A stretch of DNA of 64,000 nucleotides from Isoptericola halotolerans (GTDB taxonomy: Bacteria; Actinomycetota; Actinomycetes; Actinomycetales; Cellulomonadaceae). Numbering within the stretch: the stretch's first letter is position 1; the number at the start of each line of letters is the position of its first letter. Location: positions 1,302,001 to 1,366,000 of the forward strand of contig NZ_JABEZU010000001.1 of the NCBI RefSeq assembly GCF_013149785.1, read 5' to 3'. A model generated the notes under the pieces. That model was not told the origin of the DNA, made no database searches, and saw only the letters and a list, made by a program, of their open reading frames with translations. Made by a program: the position numbers and the translations under genes. Shown in pieces: positions 26,730 to 34,788 of the stretch.

Positions 26730-29507
26730 TCAGCCGGCGGTGCAGGCCTCACCACCCGCGGTCATCCCGGACGCGCCCGTCGTCTCTCCGGCGCCGATGA
26801 AGCCGACGGTCACGGACTCGCCCGGCGCCAGCGCGCTGCGCCACGTCGGAGCGGTGACCGTCACGGTGGCACCGACCTGCGTGACGTCGCCGCCCCAGGC
26901 CTGCGAGATCGTCTCCGACCCGTCGAACTGCCACACCAGGTCCCAGGGCGAGAGCGTGGCGTCACCGGTGTTGGTGAGCGTCACCTCGCCCTGGAACCCG
27001 CCGGGCCAGCGCCCGGCGACGGCGTAGGTCACCGCGCACGAGGACTCGCCAGGGGTGGCGGTCGGGTCGGGCGTCGGGTCGTCCGTCGGGTCGGGCGTCG
27101 GGTCGTCCGTCGGGTCGGGCGTCGGGTCGTCCGTCGGGTCGTCCGTCGGGTCGTCGGTGGGCTCGTCCGTGGGTGTGGGCGTCGGGTCCGGCTGCTCCCC
27201 GCCGAACTCACCGACCACGATGCCTCGCCCGTTGGTCCCGACGTAGACCCGTCCGAAGACGTCCGGGTCGCCGGTGATGGCCCCACCGGTCCAGGCCCAC
27301 TGGTGGGCGTCGTCGTTGATCCGCACCCAGGTGGCCCCGGCGTCGTCGGACCGGAAGATGCCGCGCACCCCGTCGATCTTGCTCGAGGTGTACACGGCCG
27401 GGTGGTCGTGGCCCTCGGCCGCCCGGCCGAACCCGACGGTGTCGCCCTCGTCGACGCCGGCGACGGCCTCGAACGTGTCGCCGAAGTCGGTGGAGCGCCA
27501 CATGCCGTAGACGCCGTCGGTCTCGCCGCCCGCGACCCACACGTGCCCGGCGTGACCGGGGACGGCCTCGACGTGGTGCCGACCGGCGTCGGGCAGACCG
27601 CTCGCCGCGGAGGCGCTGAAGGATGCGCCGCCGTCGTGCGAGGTGTAGAAGGTGCCGTCCGCCAGCGCGTAGAACACCGACGGGTCCTCGCGGTCGGCGC
27701 GCACGGTGGCGCCGTCGGGCACCCCGCTCGAGGCCGTCCAGGAGGAACCGAGGGTGGTGGAGACGTGCACGCCGGTGCCGTCGGGGCTCCAGACGATCGC
27801 GGAGCCGTCGGCGGCCAGCGCGACGTTGCCCGGCCCGGTCGCCCCGGCGGGTTCCTGTCCGGCCCACCACGAGTCGCCGCCCGAGGTGGTCACCCCCAGG
27901 AGCTGGTCGCCACCGGTGCCGACCCGGACCATCGTGTCCGGGGACTGCCAGGCGACGTCGAGGCTGAGCACCCCGCTCTGGTACGGCTGGGTGTAGCCGT
28001 AGGCGTCCGGTACCTGGGTGATGTCGTGGTGCACGAACCCGCCGATGTCGTACATCCCGGAGACCAGCTCGACGTCACCGGGCGGGGCGACGAGGTCCTG
28101 GATCGCCGTCTCCTCGATGCCCTGGGCCTTGACGGAGATGTCGACCACGCCGCCGTCGTCCCAGTCGGTGAGGTTGTCGCCGCCGTACACGGTGGCGCCG
28201 GTGCCGTAGAGGAAGCGGTCGGAGTCGAAGGGATCGATCTCGAACGACTCCATCATCCAGCCGAGCTTGGGGGAGTCCTCGGGTGCCGTGCCGGAGCTGC
28301 CGAAGTCCAGCCAGGGCGCACCGGAGATGTCCAGGGTGTAGCGCTTGTCGCGCTCGGGGTAGCCGGCCCAGTCCCAGATCTGCGTCCACGTCTCGCCACG
28401 GTCGGTGGAGCGGAAGACCTGGTTGTCCGGCCACCACGACATCTGCGAGACGACCATGATCGTGTCCGGGTCCTGCCGGTCGATCGTCAGGCCGGAGTAG
28501 CCGAAGTAGGCGTCCGTGCTGTCCGACGGGACGGGGGAGATGTCGGTCCAGGTGTCGGTGGCGGTGTCGAGGCGCCACACCTCGCCGAGCTCGCCGTCGT
28601 ACGGCCCGCCGGTGTCCGAGGTGGCGACGTAGAGCTGCCCGGAGCCGGGGTCGATCTCGGCCTTGTGCGGTATGAAGCCGGTGGGCTGCCCCGGGACGCG
28701 TTCCCACGTCGCACCGGCGTCGGTGGAGCGGTAGACGTTGTTCTCGGCGTCGGCCACCCCGACGTAGATCACCGGGGTGGGCTCGCCTGCGGTGCCGGAG
28801 GACGTGTCGAAGACGGTCCACACCACGCCCTGGTTGGTGGTCAGGTAGTCGCCGGGGTCGTCCGGGTCGGCCACGTAGCTGCCCGGGTTCGGGAAGCTGG
28901 TGACCTCGGCCCAGGTGGCACCGGCGTCGGTGGAGCGCCACAGGCCGTGGCCACCCTCGGTGCCGAGGTAGAGCACCGAGTTGTCGTTCGGGTCGACCAT
29001 GAGGCGTTCGCCCATGCCGCGCCCGGGCATGTTCCCGCCGACCTTGAACGGCAGGTCGGCCTTGGCCCAGGTCTCGCCGCGGTCCGACGAGCGCAGGATC
29101 GCGCCGTCGTTCGGGTCCCAGGAGTTCGTGTACGACCCGGCCATCACGTAGACGTTGTCCGGGTCGACGGGGTCGGTGGCCAGGGACAGCACACCGGAGT
29201 GGCCCCAGTCGTCCCAGCGGACGTGGTCGAGCAGGGGCTGCCACCGTCCGGTCGCGTCGTCGAGGCGGTAGGCGCCGCCGACGTCGGTGCGGACGTAGAC
29301 GAGGCCGGGCTCGGTGTCGTTGTAGACGATGCCGGGGATGAAGCCGCCGCCGACCATCTCGACGTTGCCCCAGGTGTAGTCCTCGGCGGCGGGGCCCGAG
29401 GAGGCCGCTGCCGCGGGTGGCGTGGTGGTCTGCGCGACGGCGGCACCCACGCCGGCCGCCACGAGCCCGGTCGTCGCCAGGGCGGCGACCGCTGGTCGAA
29501 GTCTCAT
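26730..29507 (-). CDS. Secreted GH74 xyloglucanase/endoglucanase with C-terminal CBM2
   Basis: Signal peptide, GGGFIPG, catalytic YVRTDVGG and GMYDIGG, BNR repeats (RSTDAGATW), a P/T/D linker and a CBM2 (WPGGFQG...WGG...GFIG). Confidence 0.95.
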   Translation of the reverse strand: MRLRPAVAALATTGLVAAGVGAAVAQTTTPPAAAASSGPAAEDYTWGNVEMVGGGFIPGIVYNDTEPGLVYVRTDVGGAYRLDDATGRWQPLLDHVRWDDWGHSGVLSLATDPVDPDNVYVMAGSYTNSWDPNDGAILRSSDRGETWAKADLPFKVGGNMPGRGMGERLMVDPNDNSVLYLGTEGGHGLWRSTDAGATWAEVTSFPNPGSYVADPDDPGDYLTTNQGVVWTVFDTSSGTAGEPTPVIYVGVADAENNVYRSTDAGATWERVPGQPTGFIPHKAEIDPGSGQLYVATSDTGGPYDGELGEVWRLDTATDTWTDISPVPSDSTDAYFGYSGLTIDRQDPDTIMVVSQMSWWPDNQVFRSTDRGETWTQIWDWAGYPERDKRYTLDISGAPWLDFGSSGTAPEDSPKLGWMMESFEIDPFDSDRFLYGTGATVYGGDNLTDWDDGGVVDISVKAQGIEETAIQDLVAPPGDVELVSGMYDIGGFVHHDITQVPDAYGYTQPYQSGVLSLDVAWQSPDTMVRVGTGGDQLLGVTTSGGDSWWAGQEPAGATGPGNVALAADGSAIVWSPDGTGVHVSTTLGSSWTASSGVPDGATVRADREDPSVFYALADGTFYTSHDGGASFSASAASGLPDAGRHHVEAVPGHAGHVWVAGGETDGVYGMWRSTDFGDTFEAVAGVDEGDTVGFGRAAEGHDHPAVYTSSKIDGVRGIFRSDDAGATWVRINDDAHQWAWTGGAITGDPDVFGRVYVGTNGRGIVVGEFGGEQPDPTPTPTDEPTDDPTDDPTDDPTPDPTDDPTPDPTDDPTPDPTATPGESSCAVTYAVAGRWPGGFQGEVTLTNTGDATLSPWDLVWQFDGSETISQAWGGDVTQVGATVTVTAPTWRSALAPGESVTVGFIGAGETTGASGMTAGGEACTAG
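27061..27190 (-). repeat. Coding 12-bp tandem repeats (DDPT/PDPT linker of GH74)
   Basis: Repeated GTCGGGTCGTCC and GTCGGGTCGGGC units. Confidence 0.9.
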
Positions 29508-29590
29508 CCGATCTCACTCCTTCGTGCGGACGGACGGACCGGCCCACGGTGGTCGGTCCGGTGACACCACGACGTGTCGGTCCGAACGTA

Positions 29591-29606
29591 GTCGAAGCGC
29601 TTCGAC
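29591..29606. promoter_or_regulatory. Perfect 16-bp palindrome, LacI-type operator candidate upstream of GH74
   Basis: GTCGAAGCGCTTCGAC, with a central CG and CGAA...TTCG arms. Confidence 0.6.
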
Positions 29607-29608
29607 GT

Positions 29609-29641
29609 CGGCAGGGCTCCCGCGTGCCTGAAACCTTTAGG
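29609..29641 (-). promoter_or_regulatory. Composite site upstream of GH74: CCTAAAGGTTTCA plus a weak CebR-like box
   Basis: On the minus strand: CCTAAAGGTTTCA (29641-29629), 6 nt, then CGGGAGCCCTGCCG (10/14 match to TGGGAGCGCTCCCA). Confidence 0.45.
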
Positions 29642-29650
29642 CATGCCGTG

Positions 29651-29722
29651 GTTGTGGGCGAGAAATCTGGTCCGAAGAGTGCGCTATGCGCATATTTCGG
29701 CCACAGATTTCCCGCCCACAAC
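29651..29722. repeat. 72-bp palindromic REP/MITE-like element, copy B
   Basis: GTTGTGGGCGAGAAATCTG...CAGATTTCCCGCCCACAAC; same 10-bp termini as copy A. Confidence 0.8.
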
Positions 29723-29731
29723 GGTTGGTGG

Positions 29732-31183
29732 TCAGGTGCAGGCCGACCCGTTCACGGCGACGTCGGTCGGCACCGTCGTGTCACCCGCGTGCGTCGCGTT
29801 GTAGCCCACCTGGACCGAGGCCCCCGGGGGTACCGAGGCGTTCCACGCCGCGTTGGAGGCCGTGAGGGTGCCGCCGGACTGCGACCACTGGGCCGACCAG
29901 CCCTGCTGGAGCTGCTGACCGGCGGGTAGCGCGGCCACGAGCTGCCACGACGACCAGGGGTCGGGGCCGGTGTTGGTCACCGACACCGTCCCGGTGTAGC
30001 CGCTGTCCCACGCGGCCACCGACCACGCCACGGAGCACGTGCCCTCGTCCGGCCCGCCGGTCGGGGTCGGGGTGGGCGTCGGGTCCGGCCCGGAACCGCC
30101 GTCGAGCTCTGCTCCGAGAGCCTCGGCGACGGCGGAGTAGGCAGGCTTGGGCTGGTACTGCGCATCCCACGGCAGGGCGGCGCCCTGGCCGCTGAAGACG
30201 TCGGGCACCCACGAGTGCCCGTCGTCGATGCCCCAGACGGTCACCCCTGTGCAGCGGTCGACCGCGAGGCAGGCCTCCACCACCGCGCGGTAGTCCGCGG
30301 CCTGGCGCTGCAGGTCCGCCGCCGACGCCGGGACGTTCATGCGGATGTCCAGCTCGGTGATGCGCACGTCGACCCCGAGGTCGGCGAACCGCTGCAGGTT
30401 CTGCTGGAAGGAGCTCGGCACCTGTCCGACGATCAGGTGCGACTGGAACCCGACGCAGTCGATCGGGACGCCGTCGTCGATCAGGTCGGCGACCAGCTCG
30501 TACATCGCCGTCGACTTCGCGTTGATCGCGTCGGTGCTGTAGTCGTTGAGGCACAGGTCGGCGTCCGGTGCCGCTTGCCGTGCCCGGGTCAGGGCCTCGG
30601 CGACGTACCCGTCGCCGAGCACCCGCTGGAAGACGCTCTGGCGACGGCTCCCGTCGCCCTCCCACAGCTCGTTGACCACGTCCCAGGCGTCGACCTGGCC
30701 TGCGTAGCGCCCGGCGACGGCATCGATGTGGTCGTGCATGACGGTGCGCAGCTCGACGGGGTCGGAGATGCTCTCCACCCAGCCGGGCAGCTGGGAGTGC
30801 CACACGAGGGTGTGCCCGTAGAGGTCGGCGTCGATCGACTCGGCGAAGGCGGCGACCTGGTCGGCCTGGCCCCAGCTGAAGGCCCCGCGTGAGGGTTCGG
30901 TGGCGTCCCACTTCATCGCGTTCTCGGCGACGACGAGGTCGAACTCGCGCTCGGCGACCTGGCGGTAGCCGTCGATCGACAGGTGCTGCGGGGACAGGGC
31001 GAAGCCCATGGTCACGCCGTGGTCGGAGGCGGCGTCGCGCCAGGGTTCGTAGACGGGTTCCGCCGCGTGGGCCGGGCCCAGGGCGAGGGGAGCGAGCAGG
31101 GCGGCTGCCGCGGCTGCTGTGGCGAGGACGGGCAGTGGGCGTGTCCTCCGGGGCTGGAAATCGATTTCAGGATGGGGTCGCAT
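29732..31183 (-). CDS. Secreted GH10 endo-1,4-beta-xylanase with CBM2 (Cex/Xyn10A-like)
   Basis: AENAMKWD, GHTLVWHSQ, WDVVNE (acid/base) and ITELDI (nucleophile), then a PT linker and CBM2. Confidence 0.95.
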   Translation of the reverse strand: MRPHPEIDFQPRRTRPLPVLATAAAAAALLAPLALGPAHAAEPVYEPWRDAASDHGVTMGFALSPQHLSIDGYRQVAEREFDLVVAENAMKWDATEPSRGAFSWGQADQVAAFAESIDADLYGHTLVWHSQLPGWVESISDPVELRTVMHDHIDAVAGRYAGQVDAWDVVNELWEGDGSRRQSVFQRVLGDGYVAEALTRARQAAPDADLCLNDYSTDAINAKSTAMYELVADLIDDGVPIDCVGFQSHLIVGQVPSSFQQNLQRFADLGVDVRITELDIRMNVPASAADLQRQAADYRAVVEACLAVDRCTGVTVWGIDDGHSWVPDVFSGQGAALPWDAQYQPKPAYSAVAEALGAELDGGSGPDPTPTPTPTGGPDEGTCSVAWSVAAWDSGYTGTVSVTNTGPDPWSSWQLVAALPAGQQLQQGWSAQWSQSGGTLTASNAAWNASVPPGASVQVGYNATHAGDTTVPTDVAVNGSACT

Positions 31184-31211
31184 CAAGGCCTCCGCAGTCT
31201 GGACGGTGGAA

Positions 31212-31243
31212 CCCGCGGCCGGGGCATCTGCCCCGGCCGCGGG
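31212..31243 (-). terminator. Hairpin between GH6 and GH10
   Basis: CCCGCGGCCGGGGCA / TGCCCCGGCCGCGGG. Confidence 0.65.
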
Positions 31244-31252
31244 AGAGAGGGG

Positions 31253-33562
31253 TCAGGCGATGTCGCAGGTCACGCCGTCGAGCGCGAAGTCGTCCGGCGC
31301 CGTGTTGATGCCGGAGTGCGACCCGTTGAAGCCGAACGACACCGAGCCGCCCGGTGCGATGGTGCTCGACCACGCCGCCGGTGTGATCGTCACCGCGGGT
31401 CCGGCCTGCGAGGCCGAGGCCGACCAGATCTGGTCGACGGTCTGGCCGTCGGCGAAGGTGAACGTCAGCTCCCAGCCGTCGACGGCCGTGTCGGAGTCGT
31501 TCGTGAGCACGAAGGACCCGGTGAAGCCGTTGCCCCACGAGTTCGCCGAGTAGTCCACGACGCAGCCGCCGCCGGGTGTGACGTCCCCGTCCTCGGTCGT
31601 CACCGTCAGCGGCGCCGAGGCAGCAGAGGAGTTCCCGGCCGCGTCGTAGGCCGTCACCGTGTACGAGTACGTCGTCCCGGCGGTCAGGCCCGTGTCGGTC
31701 ACCGAGGTGGCGGTCACGTCGGCGACGAGGTCGCCGTCACGGTGCACCCGGTAGCCGGCCACGCCGGTGTCGTCGCTGGACGCCGACCAGCTCAGCGCCA
31801 CCGAGGACTGCGTGACGGCCCCCGCCGTGAGACCCGTCGGGACGGTCGGTGCCTCGGTGTCCTCGCCACCGGTCGCCTCGTCGGTCGTCACGGTGAGCGC
31901 GGCCGAGGCGGCCGAGACGTTGCCCGCGGCGTCCCGGGCGGTGACGGTGACCTCGTAGTTGGTGTCCGGGCTGAGCCCGGTGACCGTGGCGGACGTGCTC
32001 GTCGCCGTGGCGGCAGGCTCGCCGTCCACCAGCACGGTGTAGCCGGTCACCCCGACGTCGTCGGACGACGCGTCCCAGGACAGGGAGACGGAGGTCGCGG
32101 TGGTCGCCGTGACCTCGACGCCCGTGGGTGCCGTGGGCGCCTCGGTGTCGGGGTCGACCGTGCCGTCGGCGTCGATCGCCGGGTAGGCGTTGGCCACGAG
32201 CATCTCGAACTGTGCCTGGAACCACTGGCCGGCCACCGGGGCGCCCGGGAGCGCGCCGGTGAAGTTGCCGCCCAGGCGATCCTGCTCGGAGTAGGTCGGG
32301 TCGCACATCCGGTCGAAGCCCTTGCCCTGGTCGTTGTCGAGCTCCTGGGAGTGGCCGTCGGACTCGCCCGGGGGCTTGACCCACACGTAGGCGTGCAGGT
32401 TCGAGCCGGGGCTCGCGTCCGGGGCCACCGTCGGGCGTTCGCCGATGCCCTGGCCGTCCGGGTTGCACCAGGCACCGCGGTGGTTGCGGCGGTCGATGCG
32501 CGACTCGTCGACGAAGGTGTTCAGGTTCGTCGAGGTGCTCGGGGCCGTCGGGCGGTCCGGGCCGCCCCAGCCGTTGCGGGACGTGTCGATCAGCATGCCG
32601 ATCCGCTCCGGTGCGCCGAGGGCGATGAGCCGCGAGCGCAGCTCGGCCGTCCAGTCGTGCTCGCCGAAGTTGGGGTTCCATTCGTAGAACTCGGACTGCC
32701 GGACGAACGTGCCCGGAGTGAAGTCCGTGTTCGTCAGGAACGGCTCGGACAGCGGCGTGGAGTTGGAGGTGTTGGACACGAACCCGGCGACACCGTCGTA
32801 GCCGTAGGTGCTGGAGGTGATGACGTCGTGGAACTCGTTCGCGCCGCCCGCGGCGTTGTCGGGCCAGCCGAGCCAGCCCGCGTGGGCGGCGTCGATGTAG
32901 GAGTAGACGTTGCCGGCCTCGTACAGCCGGTCGAGCGCGTAGGCGACGCCCTCGCGGTAGTACGGCGCAGACTGCTGGCACTCCTGGTGGCTCATGTTGG
33001 TGACCATGTTCGGCAGGGAGTCCGGCTCGATGGTCGCCACGACCCGTAGGTCGGCGTACTGGGGTTCGGCGAGCATGTCGGCGATGACGTCGACGTACTC
33101 GGTCTTGTAGTGCTCCATGCCCTCCGGCGTCGCCGGGACCAGGCCCTGGGAGGCGAGCGCGAAGCAGTCTCGCCCGGGCAGGTTGTAGATCACCAGGTTG
33201 AACACCAGGGGTGTGCTGCCCTGCTGCTGCTCGAGGGCGGCGTCGAGGTGGAAGCGCAGGCCGGGGCCGTCCTCGTTGCCGGCGATGGCTGTCGTGCGGT
33301 CCATCCACACGGCCGTCGGTGTGTCGGCGACGGCCCGCATCTGGTCGGCCAGCTCTCCGCCGGCGACGTCGGCCGCGTCGTGCACGGCTGCCGACCAGAA
33401 GGAGTTCACGTACTGGTCCGCGCCGACGAAGGGGTTCTCGACGCGATCCGCGGCCGAGGCCGTGGTGGTCGTCAGCGGGACGACAGCCAGGGCCGCCGCC
33501 GTGGCGAGTGCGAGGGAGCGGACCGTCGCGGCTCTGCGCGGTCGCCAGGATCGAGATCGCAC
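31253..33562 (-). CDS. cbhA: Secreted GH6 cellobiohydrolase (CbhA/Cel6B-like) with two Fn3 domains and CBM2
   Basis: YNLPGRDC, IEPDSL, IDTSRNGWG, WCNP and WVKPPGESDG; two DTEAPT...DAAGN Fn3 repeats; C-terminal CBM2. Confidence 0.95.
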   Translation of the reverse strand: MRSRSWRPRRAATVRSLALATAAALAVVPLTTTTASAADRVENPFVGADQYVNSFWSAAVHDAADVAGGELADQMRAVADTPTAVWMDRTTAIAGNEDGPGLRFHLDAALEQQQGSTPLVFNLVIYNLPGRDCFALASQGLVPATPEGMEHYKTEYVDVIADMLAEPQYADLRVVATIEPDSLPNMVTNMSHQECQQSAPYYREGVAYALDRLYEAGNVYSYIDAAHAGWLGWPDNAAGGANEFHDVITSSTYGYDGVAGFVSNTSNSTPLSEPFLTNTDFTPGTFVRQSEFYEWNPNFGEHDWTAELRSRLIALGAPERIGMLIDTSRNGWGGPDRPTAPSTSTNLNTFVDESRIDRRNHRGAWCNPDGQGIGERPTVAPDASPGSNLHAYVWVKPPGESDGHSQELDNDQGKGFDRMCDPTYSEQDRLGGNFTGALPGAPVAGQWFQAQFEMLVANAYPAIDADGTVDPDTEAPTAPTGVEVTATTATSVSLSWDASSDDVGVTGYTVLVDGEPAATATSTSATVTGLSPDTNYEVTVTARDAAGNVSAASAALTVTTDEATGGEDTEAPTVPTGLTAGAVTQSSVALSWSASSDDTGVAGYRVHRDGDLVADVTATSVTDTGLTAGTTYSYTVTAYDAAGNSSAASAPLTVTTEDGDVTPGGGCVVDYSANSWGNGFTGSFVLTNDSDTAVDGWELTFTFADGQTVDQIWSASASQAGPAVTITPAAWSSTIAPGGSVSFGFNGSHSGINTAPDDFALDGVTCDIA

Positions 33563-33639
33563 GGGATCCTCCAGAGATCGGGGGCACGGGCCTCGTCGCT
33601 CGTGCGCCGGGCGAGGTGCCCGGTGTTCCCAACGTGGCC

Positions 33640-33678
33640 TGGTTGCGCTCCCACGCGCACGCCGCCGAAACGTTTAGG
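33640..33678 (-). promoter_or_regulatory. Composite site upstream of GH6: CCTAAACGTTTCG plus a CebR/CelR-like box
   Basis: On the minus strand: CCTAAACGTTTCG (33678-33666), 12 nt, then TGGGAGCGCAACCA (33653-33640; 12/14 match to TGGGAGCGCTCCCA). Confidence 0.7.
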
Positions 33679-34663
33679 TGACGACGGGCGCCGGCGGGGG
33701 AGCGGTCGTGCCCCGGATCACGAGACGTGCCGTGGGAGGTGCGGCGGCGGGCCCGACCTGCAACGCTGCTGCGACGGCAGGGGCGAGGTCGTGCCAGGGC
33801 CGCGCCACCGCGGTGAGCTGCGGGTCCACCAGCCGGCACGTCGCGGCGTCGGCCCCGGAGACCACCGAGACGTCCCAGGGGACGCGCAGGTCGCGGTGCC
33901 GGGCAGCCTCCAGGACGGCCAGCGCCGTGAGGTCGCCGTCGGTCACCACCGCCGTCGGCCGCTGCTCGTCGGTGAACAGGCGCGCGGCCGCTGCTCCCGC
34001 CGCCGCCGACGACGCCTCGACCACCGTGACGGTCGCCACGAGACCGGCCGTAGCGGTCAGCAGCCCGGAGTGCAGTGCCCGGGAGACGTCGCCGTCGGCG
34101 CTCGCCGCGAGCAGCACGATGTCGCGGTGGCCCAGGTCGACCAGGTAGCGCCCGACGGCTTCCTCCGCTGCTCCGTCGAACCAGACGGTGCGCTCGGCGC
34201 CCCCGGCACCCGGCACCGGCGGAGTGATCGCGACCACCGGCGCGCCGACCCGTGCGGCCACCCGGACACGCGGGTCGTCGACCAGAAGGTCGGGCACCAC
34301 GAACGCGGTGTGCCGCCGTTCGCTCCACGACCGCTCGAGGTCCGCGGCACCGGACCGAGGATCGGCGGCGACCTCGACCGCGAGCGCGACGCCGTCGAGC
34401 ACGCCGCGCAGCCCGGCGGCGAGGTCGAGCGCGGCCGATGCGCTGTGCGTGGAGCTTGTACCGTCGAGCGCCTGGAGGCCGACGCTGGTGACGGCGTCCG
34501 TCCGCATGGACCGGGCCGCGGCGCTGGGTCGCCAGTCGAGGTCCTGGGCCACCTTGAGCACGTGGCGCCGGGTGGTCTCGGACACCCCGCGTCGGCCGTT
34601 GAGCGCGTACGACACGACGGCGATCGAGACCCCGGCGGCGCGGGCGACGTCGGTGATGGTCAC
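33674..34663 (-). CDS. LacI family transcriptional regulator
   Basis: HTH VTITDVARAAGVSIAVVSYALNG, plus YLVDLGHRDI, RPTAVV, VPWDVSVV and LVIRGTT. The start may be further upstream. Confidence 0.9.
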   Translation of the reverse strand: MTITDVARAAGVSIAVVSYALNGRRGVSETTRRHVLKVAQDLDWRPSAAARSMRTDAVTSVGLQALDGTSSTHSASAALDLAAGLRGVLDGVALAVEVAADPRSGAADLERSWSERRHTAFVVPDLLVDDPRVRVAARVGAPVVAITPPVPGAGGAERTVWFDGAAEEAVGRYLVDLGHRDIVLLAASADGDVSRALHSGLLTATAGLVATVTVVEASSAAAGAAAARLFTDEQRPTAVVTDGDLTALAVLEAARHRDLRVPWDVSVVSGADAATCRLVDPQLTAVARPWHDLAPAVAAALQVGPAAAPPTARLVIRGTTAPPPAPVVT

Positions 34664-34707
34664 GCGTCGTCGAGGTCCGGTCCGGGGGCCGTCGCCACCT
34701 TGCGATC

Positions 34708-34721
34708 TGGGCACGCTCCCA
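34708..34721 (-). promoter_or_regulatory. CebR-like box between the divergent lacI and sensor genes
   Basis: TGGGAGCGTGCCCA on the minus strand (12/14 match). Confidence 0.5.
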
Positions 34722-34788
34722 CACTCTGCCGGTTTTCGAGGCATGATGCACCTGCGGGGGGCGCACGCAGGACTCGACGGCGAGGACG

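Noticed and set aside
27061..27190. Short tandem repeats as a possible CRISPR array
   Set aside because: They are 12-bp in-frame units without unique spacers that encode the GH74 linker, and no cas genes are present. The same applies to the 9-bp repeats at 63781-63855.
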